Assembly: GCA_963800785.1 (NCBI GenBank)
Contig: CAWDCH010000018.1
Span: 717,653-781,652 of the forward strand
Direction of reading: 5' to 3'
DNA: 64,000 nt
Source: Vicinamibacteria bacterium
GTDB taxonomy: Bacteria; Acidobacteriota; Vicinamibacteria; Vicinamibacterales; JAENWD01
Shown in pieces: positions 8,645 through 17,397 of the stretch. The notes under the pieces were generated by a model. That model was not told the origin of the DNA, did no database searches, and worked only from the letters and a program-made list of their open reading frames with translations. Both the position numbers and the translations under genes were made by a program. Every line of letters begins with the position of its first letter. The stretch's first letter is position 1.

Positions 8645-9061
8645 TCAGTTGAACGTCACCGTGTGACTGTGCCCGTCGTCGCTCGACGACGGCTTCGACA
8701 CCGTCTGGTTGTTTCCGATCATCCCGACTTCTGCGGCCGAGAGATCGAGTGTGTGAGGATGGTCGGCGGTTCCACGGATATCGAGTGCAACGCTGTTGGC
8801 AGCCGTGATCTGCGCCCCAGTCACGACGGCGCTATGACCGTGGTTTCCAGACACGACGCCTGCCACATCGCCTCCGCCACCTCCGCCCGGCGGCGGGGTG
8901 GGGGTGGGAGCGGGACTGCTCGAGTCACCGCCGCAATCGACGATGGTGATCGTGGCGGCGCTGAGGATGGCGACCACGGCCTGCCGCGAAAACTCGCGAC
9001 GGCCAATCCGCAGGGTCAATTCCTTTTCCGGCATTCGTCCTCCCGCCGCGGAGCGAGGCAA
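8645..9061 (-). CDS. Putative Tat-exported lipoprotein with His-rich motifs
   Basis: Contains ...RIGRREFSRQAVVAILSAATITIVDCGG (RR motif plus lipobox Cys), a Pro/Gly linker, then GNHGHS, DHPH and GHSH motifs. An alternative start is M at 9034. Confidence 0.6.
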   Translation of the reverse strand: MPRSAAGGRMPEKELTLRIGRREFSRQAVVAILSAATITIVDCGGDSSSPAPTPTPPPGGGGGGDVAGVVSGNHGHSAVVTGAQITAANSVALDIRGTADHPHTLDLSAAEVGMIGNNQTVSKPSSSDDGHSHTVTFN

Positions 9062-9218
9062 GAATGGTGCCCTTTGCTGACGAGCTCAGGCGTCGCCGAA
9101 AGCTCGGAATTCCTGCGATTCGGAGCGTCGACGCTTTCGTGCGCCGAAAGACCCTTACCAGTCGCGGAAACGCGCGGTCACCGTTCGCTGTAGACTGCGC
9201 GGCATTCCGGAGGAGGCC

Positions 9219-10079
9219 ATGCGGCGACTGCTCACTCTCCTGTTCGTGTTCACGGCAACGGCGGCGTCGGCACAGGAGCTGCCGACGCGGTGGGACGAGC
9301 TCGCCGCCAGCGACTGGCAGAAGGCGCTCGAGCGCTCGAATCACACCGCGATTTTGCCGATTGGGGTGCTCGAGAAACACGGACCGCACGCCCCGATTGG
9401 CTCCGACCTCATCCACGCTCGCGAGTGGTCGGCACGGGTGGCGAAAATGGAATATGCCGTGGTCTTTCCGGATTACTTCTACGGTCAGATCTACGAGGCG
9501 CGCCATCAGCCGGGGACGTTCGCGCTTCCCAGCCAGCTGATTTGGGATCTGCTGGATGCGACGTGCGAGGAGATCGCACGGAACGGGTTCAAGAAGATCC
9601 TGATCGTCAACGCGCACGGAGGAAATCCGAACTTCCTCCGCTTCTTCGTCCAGTCTCAGCTCGAACGCACGCGTGACTATGTCGTCTACTTGTACGATCC
9701 CGCGCCGCCGGATCAGGCGACGGCCGATCGAATCTCCAAGCTGCGCAAATCCGATCCCGCGAGTGACTCACACGCCGGCGAGCGCGAGACGTCGACGCTG
9801 ATGTATTTGCGTCCCGATCTCGTGCACCTGGACCGCGCTTCCACCGAATCGGGGGCAAACGAGCAGCGACTGTCGATTCCCGAGGTGTACACCGCAATCT
9901 GGTGGTACGCGTCGTACCCGAACCACTACGCGGGTGATGGATCGGTCGCGAGTCGAGAGTTGGGCCAGGTGCTGACCGAGCAGCGGCTGGCCTCGATCGC
10001 GACGGCGCTGAAGGCTGTGAAGAACGATACCGCCGCGCCAGCGTTGCAGCAGCAGTTCTTCGATCGGATTCTGAAGTGA
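9219..10079 (+). CDS. Creatininase-family amidohydrolase with signal peptide
   Basis: An aggagg SD precedes the ATG. Contains ILPIGVLEKHGPHAPIGSD and ILIVNAHGGN motifs, and an N-terminal MRRLLTLLFVFTATAASAQ. Confidence 0.8.
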   Translation: MRRLLTLLFVFTATAASAQELPTRWDELAASDWQKALERSNHTAILPIGVLEKHGPHAPIGSDLIHAREWSARVAKMEYAVVFPDYFYGQIYEARHQPGTFALPSQLIWDLLDATCEEIARNGFKKILIVNAHGGNPNFLRFFVQSQLERTRDYVVYLYDPAPPDQATADRISKLRKSDPASDSHAGERETSTLMYLRPDLVHLDRASTESGANEQRLSIPEVYTAIWWYASYPNHYAGDGSVASRELGQVLTEQRLASIATALKAVKNDTAAPALQQQFFDRILK

Positions 10080-10118
10080 CCTGCGCAGGCCCGAGCTTCA
10101 GCTCGAACCTCCGTAAAC

Positions 10119-12743
10119 TTATTCCAACCGCAAGGCCTCGACCGGATTCGTCCGTGATGCAAACCACGCGGGACCGAGGGCGGCGGCCGCGCTGAGGACC
10201 AGCATCGCCACGCCCGCAACCCCGAACGTGAACCCATCACGCGGCGAGACGCCGTAAAGGAATGTCTGGAGGATCCTTCCTGTGGCCAGCGCGACGGTGA
10301 GGCCGGCGGCAAGGCCAAGTACTCCGAGCCGCAGCCCCTGTCCGACCACCAGCCCCAGAACGTCCTTACGGTCGGCGCCCAGCGCCACGCGAATGCCAAG
10401 CTCGCGCCGCCGCTGCCGCACAGTCCACGTCAACACGCCGTAGGCCCCGACAATGGCAAGCACCAGCGCCGCCGCCGCAAAGAGCGCGATGATGGCGAGC
10501 AGAAATCGGCGCTGCGCGTTGGCGGCGCGAGCGATGTCGTCGAGCGTCTCGACTTGCGCCAGCGCCAGTTCCGGATCCCGGGCGCGCAGCAATGCGCGGA
10601 CCAGGCCGATCGCATTCTGCGGGCGCGTGGTGGTTTTGATCGCTATGCTGACCGTTGGAAATGGCACCTGCGACAGCGGCATCCAGAATGCGGGATGTGC
10701 CGCGACGTCACTGGGCGTGTCTTTGACGTCACCGACGACGCCAACGATGGTGCGCTTCTCTCCGAAGACGTCGGCGACGCGACCGACCGCGGGCTCATGC
10801 GGGAAGAACAGGTTCGCGAGTGCCTGGTTCACCACCAGGACCCGCGCCGAGTCCATCTGATCGCGACTGTCGAACAGCCGGCCGCTCAGAAGCGGTATAT
10901 GTAGCGCCTCGAAGTAGCCGGGCGTGGCCGCGTGATACCGCGCCGAGCCGTCGCCATCGGTCCGTCCCACGACCGTGAATCCGCTGTTCTCGTCGTATCC
11001 CGTCCACGGCAGGTCGGTACCGGCGCCTGCTGCCGCGACGCCGGGCAACCTCCGCGCATCGGCAAGCAGCGACTCGAAGAACCGCCCCCTGATCGCTGCG
11101 TCGCTGTAACGCACTGACGGCAGCGAGATCGATGCAGTGACCACGCCCGACGGCGTGAAGCCGGCATCCGTCCGCTGCAGCATCACGAAGCTCCGTGCCA
11201 GCAGCCCGGCGCTGACGAGCAGCGCCGATGCGAGCGCGAGCTCGCCGACGACCAGCAGGTTGCGCATGTGCGTGGTGCGGCGGCTGGCACTCGAGCGCGC
11301 GCTGGCGTCGTGGAGCGCCGATCGCGTGTCGTCGGTGGCCTCGTGCCACGCCGGCAGGAGGCCGAAGACGGCTGCGGACACGCACGCCACGACGATCGAG
11401 AATGCGAGGACGATCCAGTCGACGCGGACGTTGTGAAGGCGCGGAAAGTCCTGCGGCAGAATCGCGCGAAGAACGATGACGCCTCCGATCGCGAGCGCCG
11501 CACCGCACACGGCGCCTGGCAGCGTCAGCGCCAGCGATTCGGTCAGCGACTGACGGACCAGGCGGCTGCGCCCGGCCCCGAGCGCAAACCGCACCGCTCG
11601 TTCACGGCGCCTCGCCGTGGCGCGCGACAGCAGAAGGCTCGACACGTTGGCGCATGTAATCAGCAGGACCAGCCCGGCCGCGATCATCAGCAGCCGAATG
11701 CCCTCGGTCGACGGTCCGACGACGTCCTGGAGCAGCGGAATCAACCGCGCGGCCCAGTCCGACTCTCCGGTCGGTTTGATCCGCGCTCTGATGGCCGACA
11801 GATCGCTGCTGGCCTGTTGCGGCGTGACGCCAGGGGCCAGACGTGCGACGGCATTCACGTAGTGCGAGTAGCGATCGCCGAACGCCTGATCGAGCGGCAT
11901 GGGCCACCAGACGTCCACCGTCTGGCCCTGCGGAAAACTCCGATACGTTCCACCGACGTGCTCGAATCCGGCAGGCATGACGCCGACGATCGTGAACGGC
12001 GTCCCGCTCAGACGGACTACCCGTCCAACGATGGCCCGGTCCGCGTTGAAGCGGGAACGCCAGACGGCATCGCTGACGATCGCGACGTTCGCGTTGGCGC
12101 GCTCCTCGGCCCAGGTGAACGGCCGGCCGATCGCGGGGCGCACGCCCAGAACATCAAAGTAATTGCTCGAGACCAACAGGCCCTGCAGCCGCTCGGGCCG
12201 ATCGTCGATCGCGAGCTGAAGGTCCTCTCGTGTGAAACCGGCGATCCCGGACAGGGTCCGTGCCTCGTGCCGGTAGAACAACAACGAATAGGGGGTGACC
12301 GGGAACGTCGGCGTGTCGGGCGTGGACTCGTAAACGCGAACCAGCCGCTCGGGATCCGGATACGGCAGGGGGGCGAGCAGGACGCCGCGCAACAGGCTGA
12401 AAATCGTGGTGGTCGCGCCGATTCCGATGGCCAGCGTGCCGAGCGCCACCGCGGTGAACCCGATATCGCGGCGCATGGTTCGCCAGCCATAGCGCAGATC
12501 CGGCCCAATCGTGTCGAGCCACGGGAGGCCACGTTGATCGCGATAGGCTTCCTTGGTGGCGTCCAACCCGCCGAGGCGTTGGAACGCGGCCCGTCGCGCC
12601 GCCTCGTGCGGAAGGCCGCGCTCCATTGTCCTGCGCGTCTGCATCTCGAGGTGAAACGCCAGCTCGTCATCGAGCCGACGCTCGGAACGGCGATTCGCAA
12701 ACGAGCCGACGAACCGGGTGATCCAGGCGACAAGTTCGCGCAT
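10119..12743 (-). CDS. ADOP-family duplicated FtsX/MacB-like permease (874 aa)
   Basis: Has the N-terminal prefix ...RRLDDELAFHLEMQTRRTMERGLPHEAARRAAFQRLGG, then two MacB-periplasmic/FtsX repeats. It sits 3 nt downstream of padR. Confidence 0.9.
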   Translation of the reverse strand: MRELVAWITRFVGSFANRRSERRLDDELAFHLEMQTRRTMERGLPHEAARRAAFQRLGGLDATKEAYRDQRGLPWLDTIGPDLRYGWRTMRRDIGFTAVALGTLAIGIGATTTIFSLLRGVLLAPLPYPDPERLVRVYESTPDTPTFPVTPYSLLFYRHEARTLSGIAGFTREDLQLAIDDRPERLQGLLVSSNYFDVLGVRPAIGRPFTWAEERANANVAIVSDAVWRSRFNADRAIVGRVVRLSGTPFTIVGVMPAGFEHVGGTYRSFPQGQTVDVWWPMPLDQAFGDRYSHYVNAVARLAPGVTPQQASSDLSAIRARIKPTGESDWAARLIPLLQDVVGPSTEGIRLLMIAAGLVLLITCANVSSLLLSRATARRRERAVRFALGAGRSRLVRQSLTESLALTLPGAVCGAALAIGGVIVLRAILPQDFPRLHNVRVDWIVLAFSIVVACVSAAVFGLLPAWHEATDDTRSALHDASARSSASRRTTHMRNLLVVGELALASALLVSAGLLARSFVMLQRTDAGFTPSGVVTASISLPSVRYSDAAIRGRFFESLLADARRLPGVAAAGAGTDLPWTGYDENSGFTVVGRTDGDGSARYHAATPGYFEALHIPLLSGRLFDSRDQMDSARVLVVNQALANLFFPHEPAVGRVADVFGEKRTIVGVVGDVKDTPSDVAAHPAFWMPLSQVPFPTVSIAIKTTTRPQNAIGLVRALLRARDPELALAQVETLDDIARAANAQRRFLLAIIALFAAAALVLAIVGAYGVLTWTVRQRRRELGIRVALGADRKDVLGLVVGQGLRLGVLGLAAGLTVALATGRILQTFLYGVSPRDGFTFGVAGVAMLVLSAAAALGPAWFASRTNPVEALRLE

Positions 12744-12746
12744 CGC

Positions 12747-13082
12747 CTACTCCGCTGCCGTCAGCAGCCGATTGATGATCCCGGAGACCAGGCGCCATTG
12801 CTTGCGCTCGGCCACCAGCTGCCGCCGTCCGGCGGCGGTGATGCTGTAGAAACGGGCGCGCCGGTTGTTCTCGGAGGTACCCCAGCGGGAGCGAATCAGC
12901 CGGCGCTGCTCCAGGCGCAAGAGTGCCGGATAGAGGGTCCCCTGGTTGACGCGCAGCGCCTCCTCGGAGACCTGTTCGAGGCGCTGGGCGATGCCCCAGC
13001 CGTGCAGTGGACCCAGGGTTTCCAGGGTGCGGAGCACCATCAGGTCGAGGGTGCCCTGCATGATGTCGGCGCGTGCGGTCAT
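12747..13082 (-). CDS. PadR-family transcriptional regulator
   Basis: Reads LDLMVLRTLETLGPLHGWGIAQRLEQVSEEALRVNQGTLYPALLRLEQRRLI...RFYSITAAGRRQL. Confidence 0.9.
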   Translation of the reverse strand: MTARADIMQGTLDLMVLRTLETLGPLHGWGIAQRLEQVSEEALRVNQGTLYPALLRLEQRRLIRSRWGTSENNRRARFYSITAAGRRQLVAERKQWRLVSGIINRLLTAAE

Positions 13083-13101
13083 CGCGGCTCCTGTAGAGCG
13101 T

Positions 13102-13137
13102 CAAAAGGAGTATGGGTGCGCTCCTTTTGGATGTCAA
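13102..13137 (-). promoter_or_regulatory. Sigma-70-type promoter of padR-ADOP with overlapping inverted repeat (candidate PadR operator)
   Basis: The minus strand reads TTGACA (13137-13132), a 17-nt spacer, then CATACT (13114-13109). The inverted repeat CAAAAGGAG-N10-CTCCTTTTG (13102-13129) spans the spacer and -10. An AGGAG SD precedes ATG 13082. Confidence 0.45.
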
Positions 13138-13192
13138 CAAGAGACGCGAGCGGCGGGCGTCAGGTTCCCATGCCCCTCCGTCCCCTCTGCCC

Positions 13193-14098
13193 CTAGCGAA
13201 CTTTGTAGTAGTCCGGCATGTACACCTTGAGGCCCCCCGCCGGCGTGTTCTTCGAGTAGCCCGCCACCAGCTGCCGTTCGTAGTGGTCCTGATAGAAGTC
13301 GAACGGATCCTTGGGATTGGCGTCGATGAGGGCGAGATCGGCGTCCGACATCGTCAGCTTGCCGAAGCGCAGCGTGCCGCCGCGGTAGTACATGTAGTTG
13401 CGCATCGCGCGATCCGGAAGCTTCAGCGGCGGCAGCCCCCCGGGGCCGAACGTCTGCACGACACGGGTGGGCTCGACGCGAATCGCCTGCAGATGCCCCT
13501 CGATGCGCGGCGGCGGCACGAGCGCAGCGGGCGCGATGATCACGGTGTCTTCCTCGACCCGCATGCCGGCCCTGCCGCCCACGTTCACGAGATTCTCCAA
13601 CTCGACGCCGAAGAACGACAGCAGGCCCTTGGCCGGAATGCCCAGCGCCTTGATCGAATGCGCGCGGAGCCGCAGCGCGCCGTCCGGGTCGACCGACGGG
13701 TCCGCGACCATAGTGAACGGCAGATCGAGACCTTTATGGACGGTGCCCTTCAGCTTGAGACGAGGGCCGTCGGCAGTGACGGTCAGGTCCTTCAGCGGCG
13801 ACCCGTCATAGTGGAACACATAGGTGTTGAGCAGGCGGGTCAGGCTCTCCATCGTCAGCGCGATCTCGGCGCTGTCGATCCGGACCGTGAAGGAGTTCTT
13901 GTCGTCGAAGATCGGCGGGCGGCCCGCCTGCGTGCTGACCAGCGCACCTCGAAGCCGTCGAATCTGCAGCACGGTCGCGGCGTCCACGTGCAGGCGGACG
14001 TTGCGCATCTGCACCTGAACTTCCTGCGACGTGTCCTGGGCCCGTGCGTCCGAGGTGCCCAATGCCAGCACGAGTACGAGAGCCAACGGCCGGGGCAT
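13193..14098 (-). CDS. Secreted hypothetical protein (301 aa)
   Basis: Has the signal peptide MPRPLALVLVLALGTSDARAQ and a long clean ORF with GC-rich third positions. I recognise no family. Confidence 0.65.
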   Translation of the reverse strand: MPRPLALVLVLALGTSDARAQDTSQEVQVQMRNVRLHVDAATVLQIRRLRGALVSTQAGRPPIFDDKNSFTVRIDSAEIALTMESLTRLLNTYVFHYDGSPLKDLTVTADGPRLKLKGTVHKGLDLPFTMVADPSVDPDGALRLRAHSIKALGIPAKGLLSFFGVELENLVNVGGRAGMRVEEDTVIIAPAALVPPPRIEGHLQAIRVEPTRVVQTFGPGGLPPLKLPDRAMRNYMYYRGGTLRFGKLTMSDADLALIDANPKDPFDFYQDHYERQLVAGYSKNTPAGGLKVYMPDYYKVR

Positions 14099-14250
14099 CG
14101 ATCATGGTGATGCATAGTCCGTGACACTGTTCCCCCGGGCTGAAGCTCGGGCTCACGAGCGAAAACAGCCGTGGGCCGGACTTCAGTCGAGCCGGGGCCT
14201 TACGCGTGCCGTAGGAGATGAAGGCCGCATGATAAACTCATCGATTGTTC

Positions 14251-14982
14251 ATGCCGAGCACCGCGCAGCAGAGTGTTCCTCAGCCTGGTCTGTCATCCGC
14301 GTCGCTCGAGCGCGAAATCAAATTTCTGGTGCCTGCGAGTCGGTCGCCGTCTCTGCGGGCGTGGCTGGATGCGGTCAGCACGCCCGAGCGGAGGTATCCG
14401 CCAGCGCTTGTCTGCACGACCTACTTCGACACGCCGGCCTTGTCCCTTCTCGGAGAAAAGATCGACAGCGACTACCTGAAGACGAAGGTGCGGATCCGCT
14501 GGTATGCCTCGCTCGACGGCAATCCCTCCGGCAGTCCGGTCTTCGCTGAAGTGAAGCATCGCGTCGGCGCACGCCGCGACAAGCGCCGCGTGAAGCTCGG
14601 TGCCGATGCGCGCGCGCTGAGCGAGACTCCCCTGTACGCGCCGATCTGGCGTTCGCTCCTGGAACGGCTGCGCGTCGAGGCTCCGATCGTTCCAGCCCGG
14701 CTCGACCCGATCCTCTCGCTCCGTTATGCCCGGTATCGTTACGTCGATCGGGCAACCGCGGGGCGCGTGACGGTGGACGATGGGATCACGGTGACCGGGC
14801 TCAACGAGACCCGGATCGCCGGACGCGTGCCAGGCCGATTGCCGTTTGCCGTGCTCGAGTACAAGGGCGCCATGGACGACCTGCCGCGACACCTGGCGCC
14901 AGCGATCCGATTCGGCGCGCGCCGCGGGTCCTGCTCCAAATATCTGGCCTGCTATCGGCTCGCGACAGGACTGGTGCTCTAG
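14251..14982 (+). CDS. VTC-domain (CYTH/triphosphate-tunnel, polyphosphate-polymerase-like) protein
   Basis: Contains LEREIKFLV...TTYFDT...KVRIRWY...FAEVKHR...LEYKG, i.e. alternating charged beta-strands typical of VTC/CYTH tunnels. The ATG at 14251 is preferred over the TTG at 14245. Confidence 0.75.
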   Translation: MPSTAQQSVPQPGLSSASLEREIKFLVPASRSPSLRAWLDAVSTPERRYPPALVCTTYFDTPALSLLGEKIDSDYLKTKVRIRWYASLDGNPSGSPVFAEVKHRVGARRDKRRVKLGADARALSETPLYAPIWRSLLERLRVEAPIVPARLDPILSLRYARYRYVDRATAGRVTVDDGITVTGLNETRIAGRVPGRLPFAVLEYKGAMDDLPRHLAPAIRFGARRGSCSKYLACYRLATGLVL

Positions 14983-14998
14983 CCGCAACAACGACGAC

Positions 14999-15697
14999 AT
15001 GCCACAGCAGCTCAACGAACTCCTCGCCGGCGTCGCCGCCAACAACATGCAGGCCATCGGGCTGCTGCCGTTCATCTTTCTGATGGCGGTATCGCTGGTG
15101 GGGGCGCTCCTGTCGTCGCTGCTCTACGTCCAGTTCTACTCGTCGCGGGCGACGGGCAGCCAGGTGCACCGGGCCTTTCCGCTGCTCGGCCTGTCGATCA
15201 CCGCCATCTTCGTCTGCATCCAGTTCTCGCTGCCGCTGTCGCTCGGCCTACTCGGCGCGCTGTCGATCGTCCGGTTCCGCACGCCAATCAAGGAACCCGA
15301 GGAGATCGGCTTCATCATGCTCGTCATCGCCACGTCGATTGCGACCGCCACGTTCAAGCTACAGTTCGTGGGCATCATCTTCGCCATCGCGATCGTCGCC
15401 CTGCTCGTCCAGACCAGCGGTCGCTGGTTCGCCAAGGGAGGCCTTGACGGCACGATCGTGATTACTGTCCCGGAGCGGGGCGGTCCGGCGGATGCGGCCG
15501 CCCTGACCGCGCTCGTCCGACAGCAGGTGCCCCGCGCCGAGCTCGAGAGCGTGACGCGCCACGATGGCGCCACCGTGGTCTCGTACGTGTTCCAGGGCAT
15601 GTCTCACCAGGCGCTGAACGGGCTGCAGTTGGCGCTGCCGGGTGCCGAGACCGGGTCTACGTTCGCCGTGTTCTTCTCTCGACCCGGAGCGCTGTGA
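14999..15697 (+). CDS. DUF4956-like integral membrane protein
   Basis: Reads MPQQLNELLAG...IGLLPFIFLMAVSLVGALLSSLLY...LGALSIVRFRTPIKEPEEIGFIMLVIA. It is the usual partner of bacterial VTC-domain genes. Confidence 0.75.
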   Translation: MPQQLNELLAGVAANNMQAIGLLPFIFLMAVSLVGALLSSLLYVQFYSSRATGSQVHRAFPLLGLSITAIFVCIQFSLPLSLGLLGALSIVRFRTPIKEPEEIGFIMLVIATSIATATFKLQFVGIIFAIAIVALLVQTSGRWFAKGGLDGTIVITVPERGGPADAAALTALVRQQVPRAELESVTRHDGATVVSYVFQGMSHQALNGLQLALPGAETGSTFAVFFSRPGAL

Positions 15698-17226
15698 TCG
15701 CGCAACGCTCGCGAGCGCGTTTGATCCTGCTGATCGCGACGTCGGCCGCCCTCGTCGCACTCGGCCTGCTGGTGGAAGCCCGCGGCGATTTTCCGCTCCT
15801 CCGCTTCGGCATTCAACGCACGTCGAAGCTGGCTCCGAGCACCGTCGTGCTCCCCGCCGCGGAGTTGCGCCGCAAGGCGCCGACCGTCTCGCTCTATCTG
15901 CGGCCGGATGACCTCCATAGCCGGCAGACGGGCATTCTCGCGAACAAGCTGCGTCACGGCCGAGCGTGGGAACGGCAAGGCTGGGTCTCGTTCTTCGAAG
16001 ATGGAAAGCTGACGTACACGGCAAGCGCCGGCGTCCGGGTGCACGGGGGCGGCAGCCGGCTGACGTCGCCGAAGCAGGGGTACCGCCTGTTCTTCCGCCG
16101 CGCCTACGGCGCGAAGGAGCTGCCCGGAGGCATCGCCTTCCAGGGCCAGCATGCGCACTCGGTACGGCGCTTGATCATTCACAACGATCTGCGCATCGAT
16201 CGCGATCGCCCCGGCCGCCAGCGATGGCATCTCATCAACCCGCTCGCCTACGACATCGCGGAGGCGGCCGGCGGCATCATCGCGGAAACGCGCCCGGTAC
16301 GGTTCTTCCTGAACGGCGAGTTCCAAGGCGTCTACGTGCTCACCGAGCACTTCGACGCCGACGAGTTCTTCAAGACGCACTGGGGCCACGCCGTCCGGTT
16401 AAATGCTGCGGAGTTCGAGGATCTCTGGCGTCAGCTGAAGGCGCTCGGTCCGCCCCAGATGCGAACAGTCGCACCGCTCGTCGATCTCGACAACCTCACC
16501 CGCTGGTTCATCGCCACCGTGTTCTGCGCGACCGGCGATCCGTTTCAGGGCCCCGGGCAGTTTCGCGATCCGACGCGCGCCACCGCGCAGTGGTTCTTCG
16601 TGAACTGGGATATGGACCAGAGCTTCCGCGAGCCGCAGCACGACACGTTCGACGCGATGCTCGGCAAGGGCGGCCTCCGTCGCGCGCGCCGCGACACCGA
16701 GCCGCGGTCGTACCTGTTGACTGCCATGCTGGCGAGCGATCGGGAGTTCCGGGAGTACTTCAAGCGCGTGTGGGTGGATGTGATGAACCAGCGCATCACC
16801 CCCGCGTTCCTCGACGAGCGGTTCGAGTATTACGCGCGGCTGGCGAAGGAGCTTGGCGTCGAAGACCTTTCGTATCTGACGCCGCTCAAGCGCTTCCTCC
16901 AGACGCGCCCTGCGATCGTCAGAGGCCTCGCGGAGAAGCGGCTGTACTCGGGTCCGAGCGTCCGCGTATCGATTGGCGGCGCCGCCCACGGTGTGACAAT
17001 CGATGGCCATCCGGTCAATACCGCGTGGGAAGGCTATTACTTCTCCGGCATGCGGATCCGCCTCTCGGTTGACGACGATTACCGTTCACGCCTCGCCGGA
17101 TGGCGCGTCAACGGGCGTGACACCAGCGGCCCAACCCTGGAACTGCTCGCCGACGGCGATCTCACGATCGTGCCGAGGTGGCGCGGCGCCGGCCCTGCCG
17201 ATCCCAAGGCGACACCCACGCAATGA
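15694..17226 (+). CDS. CotH-family protein kinase-like protein with N-terminal membrane anchor
   Basis: The GTG start overlaps the upstream stop (GTGA). Has the anchor LILLIATSAALVALGLLV, then VRVHGGGSR...KQGYRLFF...RFFLNGEFQGVYVLTEHFD...NWDMDQSF. Confidence 0.8.
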   Translation: MIAQRSRARLILLIATSAALVALGLLVEARGDFPLLRFGIQRTSKLAPSTVVLPAAELRRKAPTVSLYLRPDDLHSRQTGILANKLRHGRAWERQGWVSFFEDGKLTYTASAGVRVHGGGSRLTSPKQGYRLFFRRAYGAKELPGGIAFQGQHAHSVRRLIIHNDLRIDRDRPGRQRWHLINPLAYDIAEAAGGIIAETRPVRFFLNGEFQGVYVLTEHFDADEFFKTHWGHAVRLNAAEFEDLWRQLKALGPPQMRTVAPLVDLDNLTRWFIATVFCATGDPFQGPGQFRDPTRATAQWFFVNWDMDQSFREPQHDTFDAMLGKGGLRRARRDTEPRSYLLTAMLASDREFREYFKRVWVDVMNQRITPAFLDERFEYYARLAKELGVEDLSYLTPLKRFLQTRPAIVRGLAEKRLYSGPSVRVSIGGAAHGVTIDGHPVNTAWEGYYFSGMRIRLSVDDDYRSRLAGWRVNGRDTSGPTLELLADGDLTIVPRWRGAGPADPKATPTQ

Positions 17227-17369
17227 GCACTGCGGGCGCGCCACATCAACATCTGGATCTCGTGCGCGGCATCGAGTCGCGCTACGAGCATTTCGAGCTG
17301 CACCGCCTCGCGTATCTGCGCCCCGGTGAAGAGGCTGTGCTGCTCGACCCGCAAGCGTCGCGGAGCTGA
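17223..17369 (+). CDS. Possible 48-aa ORF or N-terminal gene remnant coupled to cotH
   Basis: ATG 17223 overlaps the cotH stop (ATGA). Reads MSTAGAPHQHLDLVRGIESRYEHFELHRLAYLRPGEEAVLLDPQASRS with GC-rich third positions. I recognise no family. Confidence 0.25.
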   Translation: MSTAGAPHQHLDLVRGIESRYEHFELHRLAYLRPGEEAVLLDPQASRS

Positions 17370-17397
17370 CGGCCCCTGCGTCGAGCATAATCTGCGC

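Noticed and set aside
11268-13196. 642-aa ORF on the plus strand
   Set aside because: It lies entirely antisense to the well-supported ADOP permease and padR genes. Its Arg/Gly/Pro-rich composition is typical of shadow ORFs in GC-rich DNA. I recognise no motif.
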